The notes under the pieces: model-generated
Database searches by the model: none
What the model was told of the DNA's origin: nothing
What the model saw: the letters and a program-made list of their open reading frames with translations, nothing else
Assembly: GCF_009834535.1 (NCBI RefSeq)
Contig: NC_045696.1
Location: 46,006,001-46,070,000, forward strand
Direction of reading: 5' to 3'
Length of the DNA: 64,000 bases
Source: Camelus ferus
Lineage: Eukaryota
Program-made: the position numbers and the translations under genes
Shown: piece after piece, positions 12,855-26,200 of the stretch
Layout: each line of letters opens with the position of its first letter
Position numbering within the stretch: the first letter of the stretch is position 1

Positions 12855-13096
12855 GTAGTATAGTATAATTGTTAATATATGAACTTTAGAATAAAAGAGA
12901 TCTTTGTCTAAACTTACTTGTGGTGTAAACTTAAGCAAGTTACAAAATCTCAATAAACCTCAGTTTGTTCATCACGCCAATGAAATTAATAATCATACCA
13001 AACTCCTAGAGCTATTGTGAGGAATAAATGGGCAAATGCACGTACTCCGCACAGTACCAGACACACAGTAACCAACAGACACAGAGCAGCTATTTT
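12855..13096 (+). mobile_element. MIR SINE
   Basis: cttaagcaagttacaaaatctcaataaacctcagtttgttcatc...gctattgtgaggaataaatg...cacagtaccagacacacagtaa. Confidence 0.8.
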
Positions 13097-13371
13097 CATA
13101 CCAGTGTAGAATTGTTCACTTCTACAATAAACCTGCAGGGAACTGGAAAGTATAGTCCTGCACTGGGACATCTGGGTCTATTTCTTATTAGTTCATTAAC
13201 TTCACATAATTCTTGTTCTGTTTGTGTAATAACGTTGTTTCTGTTGTGAGATAATACATGTGAAAGTAGTTCGAATAGTTTAAAATGATGAATACATACA
13301 AGATATTATGGTCTGACCTTGGCTATTTTACTCCGGGCAGCTCTGGTCACATGGTGGTAATTATAAGCTTT

Positions 13372-13562
13372 AGCACAGAAGTAGTGCCAAAGAGCAGGGG
13401 ACTCAGATGAGGGGATGGGGCTGGACTCCAGCTCCAGGATTGCCACTGACTGCAACCAAGGGCAAGTCACTTACCTGTTGGAACCTCCACTTTCTTATCA
13501 ACAATTTAAGGGGTGTAGTCATACCCTCTAAACCCTTTTATTGCAGATCCAATAATCTAATT
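13372..13562 (+). mobile_element. MIR3-like SINE
   Basis: gccactgactgcaaccaagggcaagtcacttacctgttggaacctccactttcttatc. Confidence 0.75.
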
Positions 13563-14286
13563 CCCTTCACTAAGACAACTTTAGGTGTTCAATATTCCAC
13601 ATTTCCTGTAGGCCAACAAAATGCTCCAAAATGAAGCAAAGACAGGATTTATTACGGGTCAAGAATCTTCTAACCTAGCGTCAATGCAACCTCACATTAT
13701 TTAATTTTTCACATGCTTTAATCTGCAATGACACTCAGAAATGAGCAGATTAAATACAATTAGCCCACCAGAACACAGCTGTCAGGCTTCACCCTGAAAG
13801 GGATTTATAGCAACTTTTGACTGAAAGAGTATCTGTGGAAAGATTCTGGTCAGAACCAGAGAAAAAGTAGCTGGTAATAAAATTCAGCAAAGGAAAATTA
13901 ACATGGGACTTATTATCTATCTTTTTAGTATTTTCCAAACAAATATAAAATAGTTATTTGCTATTATTCCCTGCTATTCAAGTTTCTTCTCCTTGCAGTA
14001 TGTCGTGTTTTTTTTTTTTCCCATTGGCAATATAATCAGAAAAGGTTATTTAAAAAGAGGAAAAGCTAAGGATAGGTAATGCTATGAAAAAATTATTTTC
14101 TGGATGACCTAGTAAGGCACCAAACTCTCCCATTATGGTCTGAGGTTCAAAAGTCTGAACTGTAAACCCAGTGGAAAATTGCATAGGATTTTATTGCTGT
14201 TGACATTGCTGCTTATTTTGAGTTGTTTCTCTGAATGAAAATCATTGTCCCCAAAAGAAGAAATGGCAAAACAGCTCATTTAAAAT

Positions 14287-14505
14287 AGAGTTCCTCAGTC
14301 TTCGCAATATTGCATCCTGGACCAGCTAATTCTTTGTTGTAAGGGGCTTTCCTGTGCCTTGTAGGGTGCTTAAGGGCACCCCTGGCTTCTACACACTAGA
14401 TGCTGGCTCTACTCACCCACCCCAGTCATGATAATCAATGATGTTTCCAGACACATTGCCAAATGCCCTTGGGGAGACAAAATTGCCCCCATTTGTGATC
14501 AATGG
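14287..14505 (+). mobile_element. MER20 (hAT-Charlie MITE)
   Basis: ctaattctttgttgtaaggggctttcctgtgccttgtagg...ctagatgc...ccagacacattgccaaatgcccttggggagacaaaattgccccc. Confidence 0.85.
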
Positions 14506-14796
14506 TTTAAAGAAAGTCCACACACACTTGCCCAGGTCCAAACTATATCACCCTACCTGCCATTATCATATTGAGAACATCCTTTATCCATATGAAACAA
14601 GACAGTTATCGTGAGGCAGGGAGTTTTTTTTTAACAGGATTCCTTCTCAGGAGGGGTGATCAAATGACAGACCACCAGGGCAACAGCCAAGAAACCGCCC
14701 ATTCCACGATTTCTCATTCACAAAAGACTGGATGGGATTCTCAGCAACCCCATGGAGAACACAGAAAGCCAGAGGCCTGGGGTACAAATGCATGCA

Positions 14797-14832
14797 GTGT
14801 GTGTCTGTGTCTGTGTGTCTGTGTGTGTGTGT
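14797..14832. repeat. (TG)n/(TGTGTC)n microsatellite
   Basis: gtgtgtgtctgtgtctgtgtgtctgtgtgtgtgtgt. Confidence 0.9.
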
Positions 14833-14881
14833 ATTTTAATCTCTAGTTCCCATGTTGATGTGTGGAATCTGGAGGGCTCCG

Positions 14882-14910
14882 TTTTCTTTCTTTCTTCCTT
14901 TCTTCCTTTC

Positions 14911-14954
<44 letters not shown>

Positions 14955-15062
14955 TCCTTTCTTCCTTCCTTCCTTCCTTCCTTCCTTCCTTCCTTCCTTT
15001 CTTTCTTTCTTTTCTTTCTTTTTTCTTTCTTTTCTTTCTTTCTTTCCTTTTTTCTTTCTTTT
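14882..15062. repeat. compound (TTTC)n/(TTCC)n polypyrimidine tract
   Basis: About 180 bp of pure pyrimidines; explains the F/L/S-rich ORFs at 14752-15148. Confidence 0.97.
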
Positions 15063-16422
15063 ATAATGATCTCCTGTTATGTGTTTTCTCTATATGTCTC
15101 TGTTTAACTTTTTCCCAAAAGACAATCTTGGAAGCTAAAAATTTGTGATCAAAAAAATTCTGTAAGGTAACACAGGATACTGTTAGAGCATACACCACTG
15201 AAAAGGGTGGGCTAGGTGGGTAGGGGTCTCCAGACTTATTTTCATTGTATTCTCTTCTGTGCTGTTTGAACATTTAATAACTTTCATGTTTGTTTTCAGA
15301 TTTAAAGAACTAGTTATTAAAGTAAATTTAATTTATGATCTGCCACAGATAGTATACGGGGTTATGTGGTTTTACACTAGAAGGCGTCTGCCAACACTGA
15401 TTCCTCCTATAGACAGAATAGCAATTATTAGGTCTGTGATTTGAAAGTCGCTAATATTTTTCTTGAATGACAGTACAGTTATCACTGCCTGTAGCATGAA
15501 TGAGGCAGAGAAATAGCAGGTGAACTTAAGACTGCTACCGAAAATAGAATCCTGGGTCCCTACATTAAGAATTCTATTTCATGTGGAAGGGGATAAGAGT
15601 AGCCCATTGCTCCTGAATATATTCACAAATTCTTGCAAAAATTCAATCTAAAGCCTTGGATTGCATCTGCTGCTGTGCAGGGACTTCCACATTACACAGA
15701 TTCACTATGAATTCATTGTGAGTTACTGCATAAGAACTATATGACATGTAAATGCAGAATAGTTGCAAATGTAAAATGTATTTTAGATGCTGATTAAGAG
15801 ATACATCTTATATGTTTGTACCAGTTTAGAAAATTCAGGGCCTACTCAGTGCCCAGCACTGTGCTGGACAAGAGGATATAATGGTGAATCTGACAAGACA
15901 TGGCCCCTCCCTTCATGGAGCATACTTTTAGTTGGAATATAGAAGAATTGTTACTTTTTAACTTTATACGTTTATAAAACTGTCATTTATAATAAGCATT
16001 TACTTTGGTATAATTATTTAAAAAAAATCTTAAAAGCAAAAAGAGAATAGTGTTTATTAAAATAGAGCAGAGTGTCCCATTTTTTTCCCACATAAATTAG
16101 CTCCACACAATGTCCCCTCATAAAAACTCTATGGTTAAATAAGCTCAGGAAACAGCATACAATACAATGTATACCTCTCTCAGAGAGCTGAAATGTAATT
16201 AGATTGCTTACCAGAGTCCCAGAATATTTATTCCCAAGGAAAGAAGAGGCAAAGAGAGAGGGTGAGGGGAAGGTGGGAGAAGAGGAAAAGAAAAAAAAAA
16301 AAAAAAGGAAAATGGAATTGACAAAAAGAAAATACAGCATAGACTATATTAAACTTCCAAGGCTGCTGCAAAAGACATAAAAGTTTTCATACTGGAAATG
16401 TTTCCACACAAGAGGGGAGGGG

Positions 16423-16763
16423 AGCACCCCTCGGGACCCCAAGGGGGATTTTTCCCAAGACCCTCACTGATAACAGAATCCCGATACTGAAGTCCTTTAT
16501 ATAAAATGGCATACTGGTTGCACATAACCTATGCACATCCTCTTAAATAATTAAGATTATCTCCAGATTACTTATAATACCTAATATAGTGTAAATGCTA
16601 TATAACTAGTTATAAACATAATGTAAATGTTATATAAATAGTTGCTGGAGTGTAGCAAATTCAAGTTTTGATTTTTGGAACTTTCTAGACTCCTTTTGGA
16701 TACTTTTGATCCATGGTTGGTTGAATCCACAGGTCCAGAACTAGCAGATATGGAGGACTGACT
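16423..16763 (+). mobile_element. MER2/MER2B (TcMar-Tigger MITE)
   Basis: aagtcctttatataaaatggc...gcacataacctatgcacatcctc...ccatggttggttgaatccac...cagatatggaggactgactgt. Confidence 0.85.
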
Positions 16764-17341
16764 GTGTGTGTGTGTGTGTATCTATATATAGGTATATAGA
16801 TATAGATATCTCAAATAAAGAGAAAGAGAAGGAAAAGAAAATGTGTAGGGTGAAAAAATATGAATGACTGAAAAGAGAATGAGAATGAATGTATTAATAA
16901 ATGGGTAGAGGGAGACACCAACAGACAAAGAGATAAATGGTAAGTGGGAAAAGGAGGAAGAGAAAAGGAGAAAAGGGCACAGAGAAAATATTTTTTGAGA
17001 AGCTGCTTTGATGATGGATGTTTGCTTTGTAACACACTACATAAACTATGTTTATCTCTTCAAAAATACCTATAGCTAAGTCCACGTTATTCTTAAAGCA
17101 TCTGAAATCGCAGTGAGTTTGAGGAATGTACCAACAGAGGCAGGCTCCAAAGTCATCTACTACATCAACATCACACATACCTGGATCGATTAGGCTCTGC
17201 AAGGTCTGGCTGCATAAGCCATAGGATTAACGATCAACACATTTTAGGAAGCATTAATGTAGGAAGACAAAACCTACTAGGACTTGTCAATAAATAACAA
17301 GAACATGATTAAAGAAAATGGGATAATGCCAACTAGATAGC

Positions 17342-17441
17342 AAGGAAGGAAGGAAGGGAGGGAGGAAAGAGAGGGAAAGGAAAAGGCGGAGGGAGGCAGG
17401 GAGGGAGAGAGGAAAGAAGGAAGGTAAGAAGGGAGAAAGAG
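17342..17441. repeat. purine-rich (GGAA/GGGA) low-complexity tract
   Basis: aaggaaggaaggaagggagggaggaaagagaggg... Confidence 0.85.
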
Positions 17442-17679
17442 ATTCTAAAGTAACACTAATTCAAAGTGTTTAAACATTTGCCACCATGAAGGCAGCAGCC
17501 TAACTTTAACGTGTTAAAATCTCAGCCAAAAGTGGTTCTGTCATTATAACTAAAAGGCATTTCTATCATCATGAAGAGTTTATGTCATGGTAATTAGTCA
17601 TTTTAAGACTAGTTTGCAATAACATAAGAATACTTGCCTTGGCTTAATAAGTGGCCACAGCATGTTTAAATGAAACATA

Positions 17680-18182
17680 TATTTTTATATATTGTTAGAT
17701 GTGCTGATATTGTACTAAAGATTTCCATGTCCCTGTTCATGAGGATTATTCATCTGTGTTTTCCTCATCCTGAAATGTCCTTCTCAGGTTTCAGTATCGG
17801 GGATATGCTCAAAACTCTAGTTAGAAGTGTTTTCTCTTCCTCTGTATTTTGAAAATGTTTGTGTAAGATCAGTAAGAGTTCTTTTCCTTAGATATTTGAT
17901 AGGATTCATCAGTGAAGTTTGCCAGTGATTCAATTTCTTTCACTGATATAAAGCTATTCAGATATTGTTTCTTCTTGCATCAGTTTTGGCAATATGTGTC
18001 TATCAAGGTATTTATTTGTTTTATCTAAATGGTCAAATTTATCGGCAGAAAGTTGTTTATCATATCCCTTTATATCCTTTTAGTGATGTCCCATTTTCAA
18101 TTCTTGGTATTGATCATTTGTCAGGGGTTTCCTCCTTTTTTTCTTTTGAGCTGTCTTGTTAGGGTTTTTATCAATTTCCTTA
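17680..18182 (-). mobile_element. old L1M ORF2 remnant
   Basis: tgttcatgaggatt...gtccttctcaggtttcagtatc...ttcctctgtattttg...gattcaatttcttt...ctattcaga, typical antisense L1 ORF2. Confidence 0.75.
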
Positions 18183-18282
18183 NNNNNNNNNNNNNNNNNN
18201 NNNNNNNNNNNNNNNNNNNNNNNNNNNNNNNNNNNNNNNNNNNNNNNNNNNNNNNNNNNNNNNNNNNNNNNNNNNNNNNNNN
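18183..18282. other. assembly gap (100 N)
   Basis: Exactly 100 N, the usual placeholder for a gap of unknown size. Confidence 1.
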
Positions 18283-18423
18283 TATGTCCACTCGTGTGTT
18301 TGTCTTCACAAGCCAAAATTCTATAGTATATAAAGTTGGTTTTCTGTTTGTTGATGTGTTTTTCCATACATTGGAAAAAAATTTTTTTTGTGCTTTTAAA
18401 ACTTCTTCAAAAATGTTTTTAAA

Positions 18424-18546
18424 TTTTTGTGGGGGAGGGGTAATTAGGTTTATATATTTATTTATTTTAATGGAGATACTGGGGATAGAACCCAGGACCT
18501 CATGCATGCAAATCATATGCTCTACCACTGAGCTATACCCTGCCCA
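18424..18546 (-). mobile_element. tRNA-derived camelid SINE (vic-1-like), long-tail form
   Basis: Reverse strand has A box (tagctcagtggtag) and B box (ggttctatcc). Perfect 19-bp TSD cttcaaaaatgtttttaaa at 18405-18423 and 18547-18565. Confidence 0.93.
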
Positions 18547-21500
18547 CTTCAAAAATGTTTTTAAAGTCTACCTAATCACTTACTAATGAAAAGGTCACCA
18601 TTTTTCTAACAATATATTTATTTTTGGAGACTTTGGTAGTTCCAGATTATTTATATAAATAATATTGCAATGAACAGAATTGCAATTTACAGAAGTCTTT
18701 ATCTGCAAAGTTACTGTTGTATCTCTGGTTATTTTCTTGCAATTTCTACCCTAATATATTTAACTTGAAAGATTTTCTAAAAACCACACAATGCCAAAGA
18801 AAATCAAAATGCAAAACTGTGTAAAATATTCTTTGGAAGGCTGTGTAATTCATTTTCTATTAACTCAATAAATTTCCAACTGAAAAAATAACTGTCAAAA
18901 AATTTAATTTCATTTTGGGTAATAAAATTATGTTCAATTTAATATGATTTTTGTTCAAGTAAGAAGATAACTTTAATGCCACTCATTTAAACTAAAATAT
19001 ATGTTATGCAGCAAAACATTGCAACTGGTATTTTTCTCTCACATCAGAGAATGAGATCTTTTGTCAAGTTATTCAGAGAAAGAGTCAGGTCAATGTAGCC
19101 TTCCTCATAAGACTAAACATTTATTTTCTTATGCTATTTATGATACTGTGCTAGTTGACAGCAGATTAAAAACTAAACTTACAATGTCCACTGCCACAAG
19201 CCTATGTCATTAGCAAGCAGGCTCCAGAACCCATCCATAGCTATGCTTCTACTTACCCACAGGTCTTGTTGACCTAGGTCCAGCTATAATAGAAACTTAC
19301 AATCCTATTCCCATCTGACATTTCAGTCACAACCCCCGTCTGAGAAGAGAGGTAAAGGACTAATCTGTGTTACTTAGAAGAAAATGTTTTAAAAGCTTGT
19401 CAGAATTTAAATTACGTATTATTTGAATAGTAACAAAGTCCATAATGCAACTACAAAAATAATCATCAACCACTTACCCAGAGAGAATATTAATTTTATC
19501 ATATGTAGCCTAAAGAATACTAATTTAATTTAAATGCCTGTGAATAGTTTTGAGAAAGAAATCTGTTAAGAAGAAGAAAGAATAATTGAAACTGGAAAGT
19601 GAAAAGATAACAGTGCTGATATCTTGTTTGTCAGTTTGTGCTAAAACACAATTGTCATAATGGATTATTGTGAATCTAAGAAAACAACTAAATATAATCT
19701 CTGTGTAAAAATGGCTTATTGTCTTTCACGCTGTGTGAAGACAAAGGCACCTCTACTAACCTCAAAGAGGTTTTAAATTTGATCATAAATGAGCACTTTA
19801 CAGAATTTTCTATTCAATTTCATTATACTTGTCAATGTGCCAAAAAATGGAATAGCACACTCAAAACATTATATATTAAAATGTATTAATTTTCCATCAA
19901 ATATTTATTAAGAACTTACTATATGTACTTTAAAAAATGCTTAACATTAAGGTCTCGGAGGGCTTAAAATATACTGTGGAAGTAAATTATTTCACTATTA
20001 TTATAATCATGAATTTGAGCACTGTAACTTGGAAAATACATCCGTCTAATCAGATCAGTTTTAGATTAAAGCCTTTCAGAAGACTTCAAATAAATATTCT
20101 TCAATAACTTACTAGAAAGCCTATTTGAATAATGACCTTGATGACCAAAATTATGTTTTGGAATATCTAATGTAATAGCACCTTTTCCACCAGAGAGAAA
20201 ACCCCCAGCTATTTCAAGTTTTCTGCCATTATTAGAGTCAAGGAGAGTTAGCAGGAGATAAATACAAAACAAAACAAAAGGGGGTTCTTGGTTCCATTTC
20301 TAAAAATCTAATTTATCTGAAGGAATCTGTAATTTGCAGGAGGCAGAGATTGAGTTTGTTCAGGAAATGCAAAGCAGATTAAGCAAATGAAGATTTCTGA
20401 GCAGCTGGTTTGTGGTCACACAGCATCAGGGTACAGTGCAGTAAATAGGAGATAACAAAGCTGTGGTCCTTGCTCTTAAGAAGCTTTCGATGTATTAGGA
20501 TAGATCAAGTTGCAAAAGTTTAGAGAAAGGGCAAAAGTTTAGGACAAGTAGCCAAAACAGTTTCATTCAGCCATAAAGAGTGGGCAGTATCTGTAGAGAT
20601 GAAAAGAAAAAGGTGAGGAAGACAGGTAAGAGAAATGGCATGAGAAGTACTCTGCGGTGATGATGAACAAGGCAAGTTCAGGGGGCTGAGAGGATCGGTC
20701 TGACAAGTGGAAGCTGCCATGCTACATCCCATGATTACAGAAGCAGACATCATCCAGACAGGAGGCAGAAAGGGCAGAAGAAGGTTGTTGAAGATTTATA
20801 GACTGTTTGAATGCATGTGTAGGGAGGGTGGGTATCCATGTAAACTGAAAGTTGAGGGTCCTACTTCACATGTTGGCAAATAAATAATGAGACAACCCCC
20901 CCGCCATGGTGCTTTGAAGCAAAACAGTCAAGCTTCTACTTCCATTCAGTATTTTTTTTCACATATATTTGTTAAGCCACCTGAATTTTTATTAAATATC
21001 TACATGGACAGGCGCATAGCCAAATAAACAAGTCTAATATCTTTCCTCCAGGCACCCATAGCACCATCTTGCGGGTCCAGGAATCTCTAATACTCTAATT
21101 CTATCAGAAACCTGTTGCTTCTGTCTGTGGTCCTGTCCACTGTCCCTAGTGACAAACATGAGGCTTCAGTTCACAGGTGAAATCTAGACTTTCCAATGAT
21201 AGCCTCTTTTCATCACTCTGCCCCTCATCTCAATAAACCTTCAACATGCAGTGAGAAGACTGCCACCTCTCCCAACCCCAGGGCTACATGCAAGTAAGGG
21301 TGTTCAAACAGCCACTTGGCTTCAAGCCTGATCATCACTTGGCTGGATTGGGATAGTTTTTAACAACTATCAATTCATAAAATTCAACCCACCTTCCACC
21401 CCTGACCAATGGATGAGGTACAAGACCAGTCTATTCCCCAGCTGTTATTTTTTACCAACATTGTTACTTTAGTAGACTTGTAGACTTCCCCTAACCCAGG

Positions 21501-23024
21501 ATTTACACACAATCGCTCAAATCCATCCCAGCAGGATTGTAACATTTAATCTCAGATATAAAAGGCTGCCAATCTGATCTCTCCTCTCCACTTCATTAGC
21601 ACCAAAGTTCATATAAATTTACGCACACTTTTCCAAATGCTCTTCAGTTGGCACATCTCAATAGTTCCATTAAAAAAAAATTAAATCCCACTTCACCAGA
21701 TGCTTGTTATAGTTAGGAAGAGATAAATATTTCAGTTGGTAGCTAGAGACAGAGCAAGAGAAAAGAGAAAGACAGACAGATACAGACTATGGAAGTCTTA
21801 GGTTGTTATTACACTGACTCTTTTCTATCATGTGCTTCAACAGTACAATTTTAGACTAAATGCAACTAATTTAGTGACTATAGAATGAGTCCCTAATTGA
21901 CTGGAGCGATAGCATGTTGAATAAAAACATTTACTGTAGCTTCATAAAAAACTGGCATTTACCTCTTAAGTGTTCCCAAATGGATGTTTGAATAGACCTG
22001 ACATATTTTAAGGTAATTTATTCCTCGGGCTTAATGTGTGGATATTTTCAATTATGACAGAACATTACAAAATATTAAATACTTGTTTACTGATCTTCTC
22101 AGGATACTGACAAATTAAGGAATAGGATGTTTACATGTTTCCTTAGATTAGAACAAAAATAAATAATCCAATTCAAAGAGTGAGAAAAATTGGCAAATCA
22201 ATGTTTTAAGCAGAACCATGCTTTCTGCTCAAAATCCAAAATATCAATTAAAATGATACTTTAGAATGGTACATTCAACTATCAATATAGTTGAGTGCAA
22301 CAGTCTACAAGTCACCAAAGACTTAACCTATTTTATGACATTTAAACAGTCAAACTTAACATTAAAATAGTAAGTGAGTGTTCAATTTAGGTTCAAGTGA
22401 ATGTTCAATTTAGGCTACTTTAGTCCCTTCAGTGCAAATTGAATTCAGCTATGGAAGAAGAGTCTCAACTGTTTCCAGCTTCTGAGAACACATTAGGCCA
22501 CTTAATATAACATCCCAGTGCACTGTTTGCTTTTTGATAGCAAACAAGATAGACTGATTGACTGAGTCACTCACAGGTATTCATTCCCTCAACAAACATT
22601 TACTGAAGGATTACCATGTCAGACACTGGGATAGAGGATTTTCCCACATCACTTAATTGAAATTCAACAAGTATTCTCATCTTATAATGAAGATTAAGTG
22701 AGCTAATATTTGGACAGTTTTTAAAACACTGTGTGGTACATAGTAAGGGCTATATAAATGTTTGTTAAATAAATTATGTCGAGGAGTCGGTTGTAATATG
22801 ATCTTTATACAAGATTTTGGTTGTTCCATTTCTCCTGTCTCAAAGGTTTCTATGTGCATAAGAGATAGCAGGAGAGTCCTCAAATTCCACCCAGGAAGCA
22901 GCTGGCACATGTACATGAGATACCCAAGTCAATATGTGCCTGTATGAAAATCACCTGATGGGAAATTTCTCTGGAGAAATAAAAATTCTGTAAGGCTAGC
23001 ATAACAGGTTTTACATTGCCTTTA

Positions 23025-23270
23025 AACATTTATTTAGCATGTACTTATGAAACACTATAAGAGAGGTTCTGTTCTAATTGCTTTATGTGTAATTGAATTC
23101 TCATTAACTTCTCATGTCCCTATGATACTATCATTATCCCACTTTACAGATGTGGAAACTGAGGCACAGAAAGGCTGAGCACCTTGCCAAGGTCATACAG
23201 GTAGTAAGAGGCAGAGCCTAAATTCATACACAGGCAGCCTGGCTCCAGAATCTAAGTTCCTAACCCCTAA
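23025..23270 (-). mobile_element. MIR SINE, near full length
   Basis: attatcccactttacagatgtggaaactgaggcacagaaaggctgagcaccttgccaaggtcatacag. Confidence 0.92.
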
Positions 23271-26200
23271 GTTAGAATGTGGTCCTATAAAGGGGCCAGT
23301 ATTTATAAAGACCCTCACAGGCTCTGTCCCCAAGTCAGAACTGTTCTGTGTGCCTTGGTTTACTTGTCATGGACCACCACACTGGGGAAAAAAGATAAGC
23401 ACAGATTTTACCTTACAGAAAGAGACAGTAGAGGGACCCTTAGAAATACATCCCCCTGAACCATACAGAAGGTCAAAAAGGAGAATTGAGGTGACAGAGG
23501 AGAGTCCAGAGTTTAAGTGAGTCTTAAACTTTACATAGTCATAACTAATCACTTTTGGTATTCAAACATATTTTGCAAGAAGAGTTGGAACCCAGCAAGT
23601 ATCGGCAAAGAACAGAGTAGGCATACCAATATCCTCCTCAACTGAACAAAGGAAATCCCAATCTCTTTGCCCTCTTCCTAGCCCCCTGCCCTCAATTAAT
23701 CCACTACAAATAAGGGTAGTAAATACCGACAACATGAAACATGACTTTTCCCTGTGAGATAAACTGCAACGACTGTGGTGGAATGCTTTAGAAAGCTGTC
23801 TTCAACTTAGAAATCCTTCCTAAGGAAACATAGCAAAGGAAGCAGGTTTTTCTCAAATAGCCAAACATGAAGATAAACTTTGAAATATGATCATGTATCC
23901 CCCTTTCCAGAAGACTCTAAAGAGACATTTCAGCAACTTATCAGGGAGAAATAAAACTGGAGATCTGCCAATAATTTCTCTAGATCCATCCCAATACCCT
24001 CCAACGACACAGCAAAGCTTGTTTCTCAGGTATTCCCCCAGTTTCGCTCTGATTAGTGAAATAAGAGTTTAAAAGAGTGCAGAAGCTTTCTAGAATGTTT
24101 GCAGTCACAGATCCTGCCAAATGCTGCTTCCTCATTAGCTGAGCACGTTTTGGGCCACTGAAGCTGGAGTGTCAGTTCCTGGTTTAACGATGATTCAGTA
24201 AACAGAGAGACTTCAATATGCTTTCTGCCCAAAATGTTCAAAACAGACACAGAGGCTTCCCAGGCCTGATGCCTGGGCCTCCCACAAGCTCTCAGCCTAA
24301 CCACTCTATCAGTCATGATTATTTGGTGCCCCCCTCTGGCCTCACTGCAGCAATTTAATTTAGCTCCTCTAAGAAACTGGTAAGAATTCCTAAACAAAAG
24401 TCCAGGATGGAGGAATCTGCCTATGAGAAAAGCCTTGTTTTTTCTGCCCTTGTAATTATTCCAATTCTCCAAGGCAAAGGAAAAGCTGGTGGAGATGACT
24501 GCATGCTTTTAAACTCATAGTGTAGTTAAGATGACATAATTTTACTTCATATGTTTTTAAATATTTTCCAAGAGGACAGAGAACTATATCAGTTTTTCAC
24601 AGTTAAGTAGGCTACCTGGGCTCTGCTCAGAAGAGTAAGGCAATTTACTTAGGTGAAATCACTCTATAAAACTCAGACAGCCTTAGGACACTGTGCAATT
24701 AGAATCTGTATTTTAAAAAAAACTCAGGTTAACCTTATTTACGAAGGTCATACAATCCTATTATTTCAAACTATTCACCAGCCTTCACCCAAGTCCTCTA
24801 GACATAAGTTGTGTCCAGTCATAGAAAGCTCCCAGTATCCCCAAGTGAGTTTCTTCTCTATATCCACGGCCTGCACTGTGGCCACTCCCTTTTGGGTGAC
24901 CATGTTCTTTCTGGTAGGTCAACATGCTCTGATTGCTTTTGGGGATAGCGCATACACTGGTTTCCAGCTTATGTAATGAAGGAGTTGCTAGGGGGCAGGG
25001 CACTCATGTCCCCAGTTGCTGAGGTTAGAGCTCAGCCAGTGCAGGTGCCAGAGATGAGGATACGAGAGCAGGCCCCGTGGGATTTCCCGACAGCACTGAG
25101 GGTGGTGGATTCTGACGGAGCAGAACAGCAATAGGAAGTCAAGCTCTAAAAGCAAGACGGTGAAGAGCCACGGAGACTCCTTGTGGGTGACAGGAAGGTG
25201 ACTGTGGAGGAAGTCTTTGTACAGGGCTCTCGGTGTCAGTGCCAGTTCCTGACGTAGCAGGTGTGAAGAAGACAAGCATGACACACACGGGGAGGATTAC
25301 AGGGCATCCCTGATTTCTTTCTTTCTTGCCCTTCATTCAGAGTTTGGAAATTCAGGGCCTTCCTGGATTGGAACATGCAAATGAATCTTTTGTCTAAGTC
25401 ATAAAAAATAAAACTGAAAAAGTTGCCAAGGAAAAAAGATCAGTTAAAATTCAGTGTTGGGATTAGGAACAAATCAAGGGCACAACCATAATATCTTTCT
25501 GAAAACCTCTGAAGCAATTAAGTTTATATTCAGTAAATATTCTCATTTGGAAAAAATGGACCAAGGAAGACAGAAATAAAATTAATCACAGTGAGGACTT
25601 GCTTTAGTCCTAGATCCTACAGAAACCAATTATTTAGTCCTTCAAGAGAAGGCCAGATGGGCAGGAGGCGCCCTATGCACCATGCTCTAAACATTTTAAG
25701 TATCATAGTTTAGAAGCCAAAGATGGTCTACTGAAAACAGTTTTATTCTCCCTCAATACCATCTGTAAGGCAATACCTGGTAAAATTATCCAAGTAAATG
25801 ACAAGGTGATAAATAGTAATCTCCAGTGGTGACAGAAGTGACATTTCCTCACCACAAAAAATATTTGCTTTGTCAGATGAGACTAACTGAATTGGGAATC
25901 TACTGATGCAGAAATCACATAACAAAATTCCCTTTCACAGCACTTATCACATCGTGTTAGACTTGTTTGTTAATATCTTTACTTATTTTCATAAATGGTA
26001 TAATATTTGCCTTTTCTTCCCCAATGGCTTTCACAGGGTTTGATGTATAATAGGCCCTCACATAATGTTTTTCTTTTAATTCAATTGAATGTCCCTTTTA
26101 AGGCCATTTTGCCCACTGATTTAATAAGGGAATGGTAGATACCAAGTATAAGTTCTGACCTTTCACAGCTAGGTATTTTTTTAAAAAATGGATGAGGGTC

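Noticed and set aside
14752..15148. Three overlapping F/L/S-rich ORFs
   Set aside because: They are translations of the (TTTC)/(TTCC) microsatellite.
18029..18586. 185-aa and 143-aa ORFs
   Set aside because: They read through the N gap and through L1 and SINE sequence.
22372..22414. 23-bp-period tandem duplication (similar ones at 6873-6902, 7140-7169, about 62845-62865)
   Set aside because: Two-copy micro-duplications from slippage; no array or spacer structure, so not CRISPR-like.
24053..24472. 139-aa minus-strand ORF
   Set aside because: No recognisable protein similarity or exon structure; length is within chance expectation.
24820..25260. GC-richer segment with 98-107 aa ORFs (similar at 43100-43650)
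   Set aside because: Possibly old LTR-derived, but I could not assign a family or a protein; left unannotated.
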